DNA from: Botryllus schlosseri
Lineage: Eukaryota
NCBI GenBank assembly: GCA_051294905.1
Contig: CM119375.1
Location: 6,200,001 to 6,264,000 of the forward strand
DNA length: 64,000 nucleotides
Reading direction: 5' to 3'
Below are positions 62,140-64,000 of the stretch, in pieces. Under the pieces are notes generated by a model. It ran no database searches, was not told the origin of the DNA, and saw nothing but the letters and a program-made list of their open reading frames with translations. A program made the translations under genes and the position numbers. How positions within the stretch are numbered: the stretch's first letter is position 1; each line of letters opens with the position of its first letter.

Positions 62140-62972
62140 CAGGGGGTCAAACATACGGCCCGCGGGTTATTTCGTCCGGCCCCCGAAGCGATTCTGAAAA
62201 ATGGCTGTATCCAGCACATTTCTGACAAATGTGGAGATTTATTGTATGAAATGCTATCATCAAATAATCCCTCAAGACAGCAAATGTCGAGTATGTTTAT
62301 TGTTCATAGGCAACATAACATATTGCCATCCGACATTGGTGTTGTGGTTTCACTCTAGTCGCCATCATCATAAAAGAGCCGCCATTTACACTGAATTCCG
62401 AAAAAATGGACCACAAAGTAGTTATTCACAGAAGTTATAAGCCATAGTTAGAGACCGGTATATGCAGGATATTTGGAGATTTGATTGCTACGCAAAAATA
62501 TAATTCAAATATTTGTGGACGCACTCATATTTCGCTTATGACTTAAGAGTTCCTCGGTCTCCGTAGAGCCCCGAATCGCGATATAATAGTAACGAACCAG
62601 ATTTAATAAATTTCTTGTATTCCTGATAATGCATGCACATGACTATTGCTGGATTACAACTAAAACAAAGCAATCATATAGCAATATACCAATGTATATG
62701 GTCCTTAAAACTACTCCTTTAGCAGTGTATATAACCGTACCTAACCGGGCATCATTTTAATTTTGCTAATTCCATTTATCGCGACTAAAGGTGTTGCTAG
62801 AGTACAATCCTATGATCTGTTATAAATGTATCATATTATTGTGTAGGCTTGATAATTGAGTATTCAAGCAAAAAACATGGGTATGGAACTTGAATCATAT
62901 GAATGGTCCGGCCCGCGAGCGATCAGACGGATTAAATCTGGCTTGCGACGCAAGCTGAGTTTGACACCCTTG
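62140..62972. mobile_element. Buster-type hAT MITE (CAGGGGTGTCAAAC family)
   Basis: CAGGGGGTCAAAC...GTTTGACACCCTTG; TSD TTTTAAAG/TTTTAGAG. Confidence 0.8.
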
Positions 62973-64000
62973 TTTTAGAGAAATAGGCATATTAGCGCCA
63001 GCGATTCCCACACATTGGACAATATTTTTCCTCTATAGGCTAAGAGGTTGGCCACAGAACAGTTTCAAACCGGAAAATGGGCCACGGCCAAGCAAAGGCT
63101 GAGAACCCCTGGGCTAACCCATGCAATTGTTAAGTTGTCTATAAGCACTATGCTAAAATTAATTTTACTCAATTCTGGCCTAGGGAAGGTATTCGAGTGC
63201 GTCATTAATAATTCTGCGAATACCCGATTACCAACGATAGATACCATTTGTTCAAATCCAAGATTTTCAACTCCAAAAGCTTCGCTTTTAACAGTTGAAA
63301 TCTTGGATCCTAGTTGTTATCTCACCCGTGCCTAGAAATCTGCCTTACTACAAGTCGGCAGCTATACGGAATAAGAATGAAGAAAATTGGCCTGGAGTAA
63401 ATGACCATAGTGGTCTACAAACAGCATGAATACCACAAACAACAACAACATTGATCCAAATTTGCAGTGTATCATTTTATTAGATGACTTGACAATTCGA
63501 CGGAGTGAACAGCAAAATTTGAAGACTAAAATTTCATAATAAATTCAAAACTTTCGAACTCAGATAGCTTCACTTCTACTATAGTCCGAACTGTGTCAAA
63601 TTTGGTGTGCAACATTTTCCAGCCAACCTAGCAATTTAGCTAATAGCCGCAAAGATCCGAAGAAAGTTATTTTTGAACCATTCTAATTGTTTTCACAAAT
63701 TATTAATGGTAATTGTTGCTGCTGTAGTCTTGATATTCATGGTGATTCGAATGTCTAAATAGATATACATGCTGACTACTTTAATTTGTAATATTTATAT
63801 TTAATATATTCGCAGCTTTATGTTGGTCAAGATGCAATTCAATATCAATTCCCTAAAGCGGAAGGAAGTGATATTAGTTTCATTCCTTATTGTTATCTTC
63901 CTCGTTGACGAAAGTTTTTTCGTATTTCCGCCGTATCGTGCGACATCCATTGGCGGCGTTTCATACTCAGAAATTGTGTCAAGGACTCAGAACGCAGGTT

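Noticed and set aside
1-64000. CRISPR array, rRNA or prokaryotic operon
   Set aside because: No regularly spaced repeat-spacer structure or rRNA-like sequence; all short-repeat arrays are transposon subterminal repeats or microsatellites.

Overview
AT-rich animal (invertebrate, possibly tunicate - inference only) genomic window dominated by transposons. Host genes: the 3' exons of a beta-1,4-galactosyltransferase-family (GT7) gene (3.3-7.5 kb, +) and a divergent pair of paralogous genes with intronless coding regions (44.4-45.9 kb -, 50.1-51.4 kb +). The pair encode type-II-membrane, two-domain glycosyltransferase-like proteins whose C-terminal domain has a motif pattern I associate with uncharacterised bacterial/viral proteins; both copies carry disablements. 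The largest element is a full-length but disabled Gypsy LTR retrotransposon (27331-36314; CsRn1-like gag, tRNA-Trp-like PBS, about 98% identical LTRs with non-canonical TT...TA ends), interrupted by two hAT MITEs. The rest is a dense, often nested set of non-autonomous DNA transposons: Buster-type and Ac-type hAT MITEs, a TA-flanked foldback family, a Merlin-like element carrying head-to-head TTAGGG-like repeats and a THAP-bearing P/hAT-like element, plus tRNA-derived SINEs and a LINE 3' fragment. No rRNA, genuine tRNA or CRISPR array was found. All alignments and counts were made by eye.
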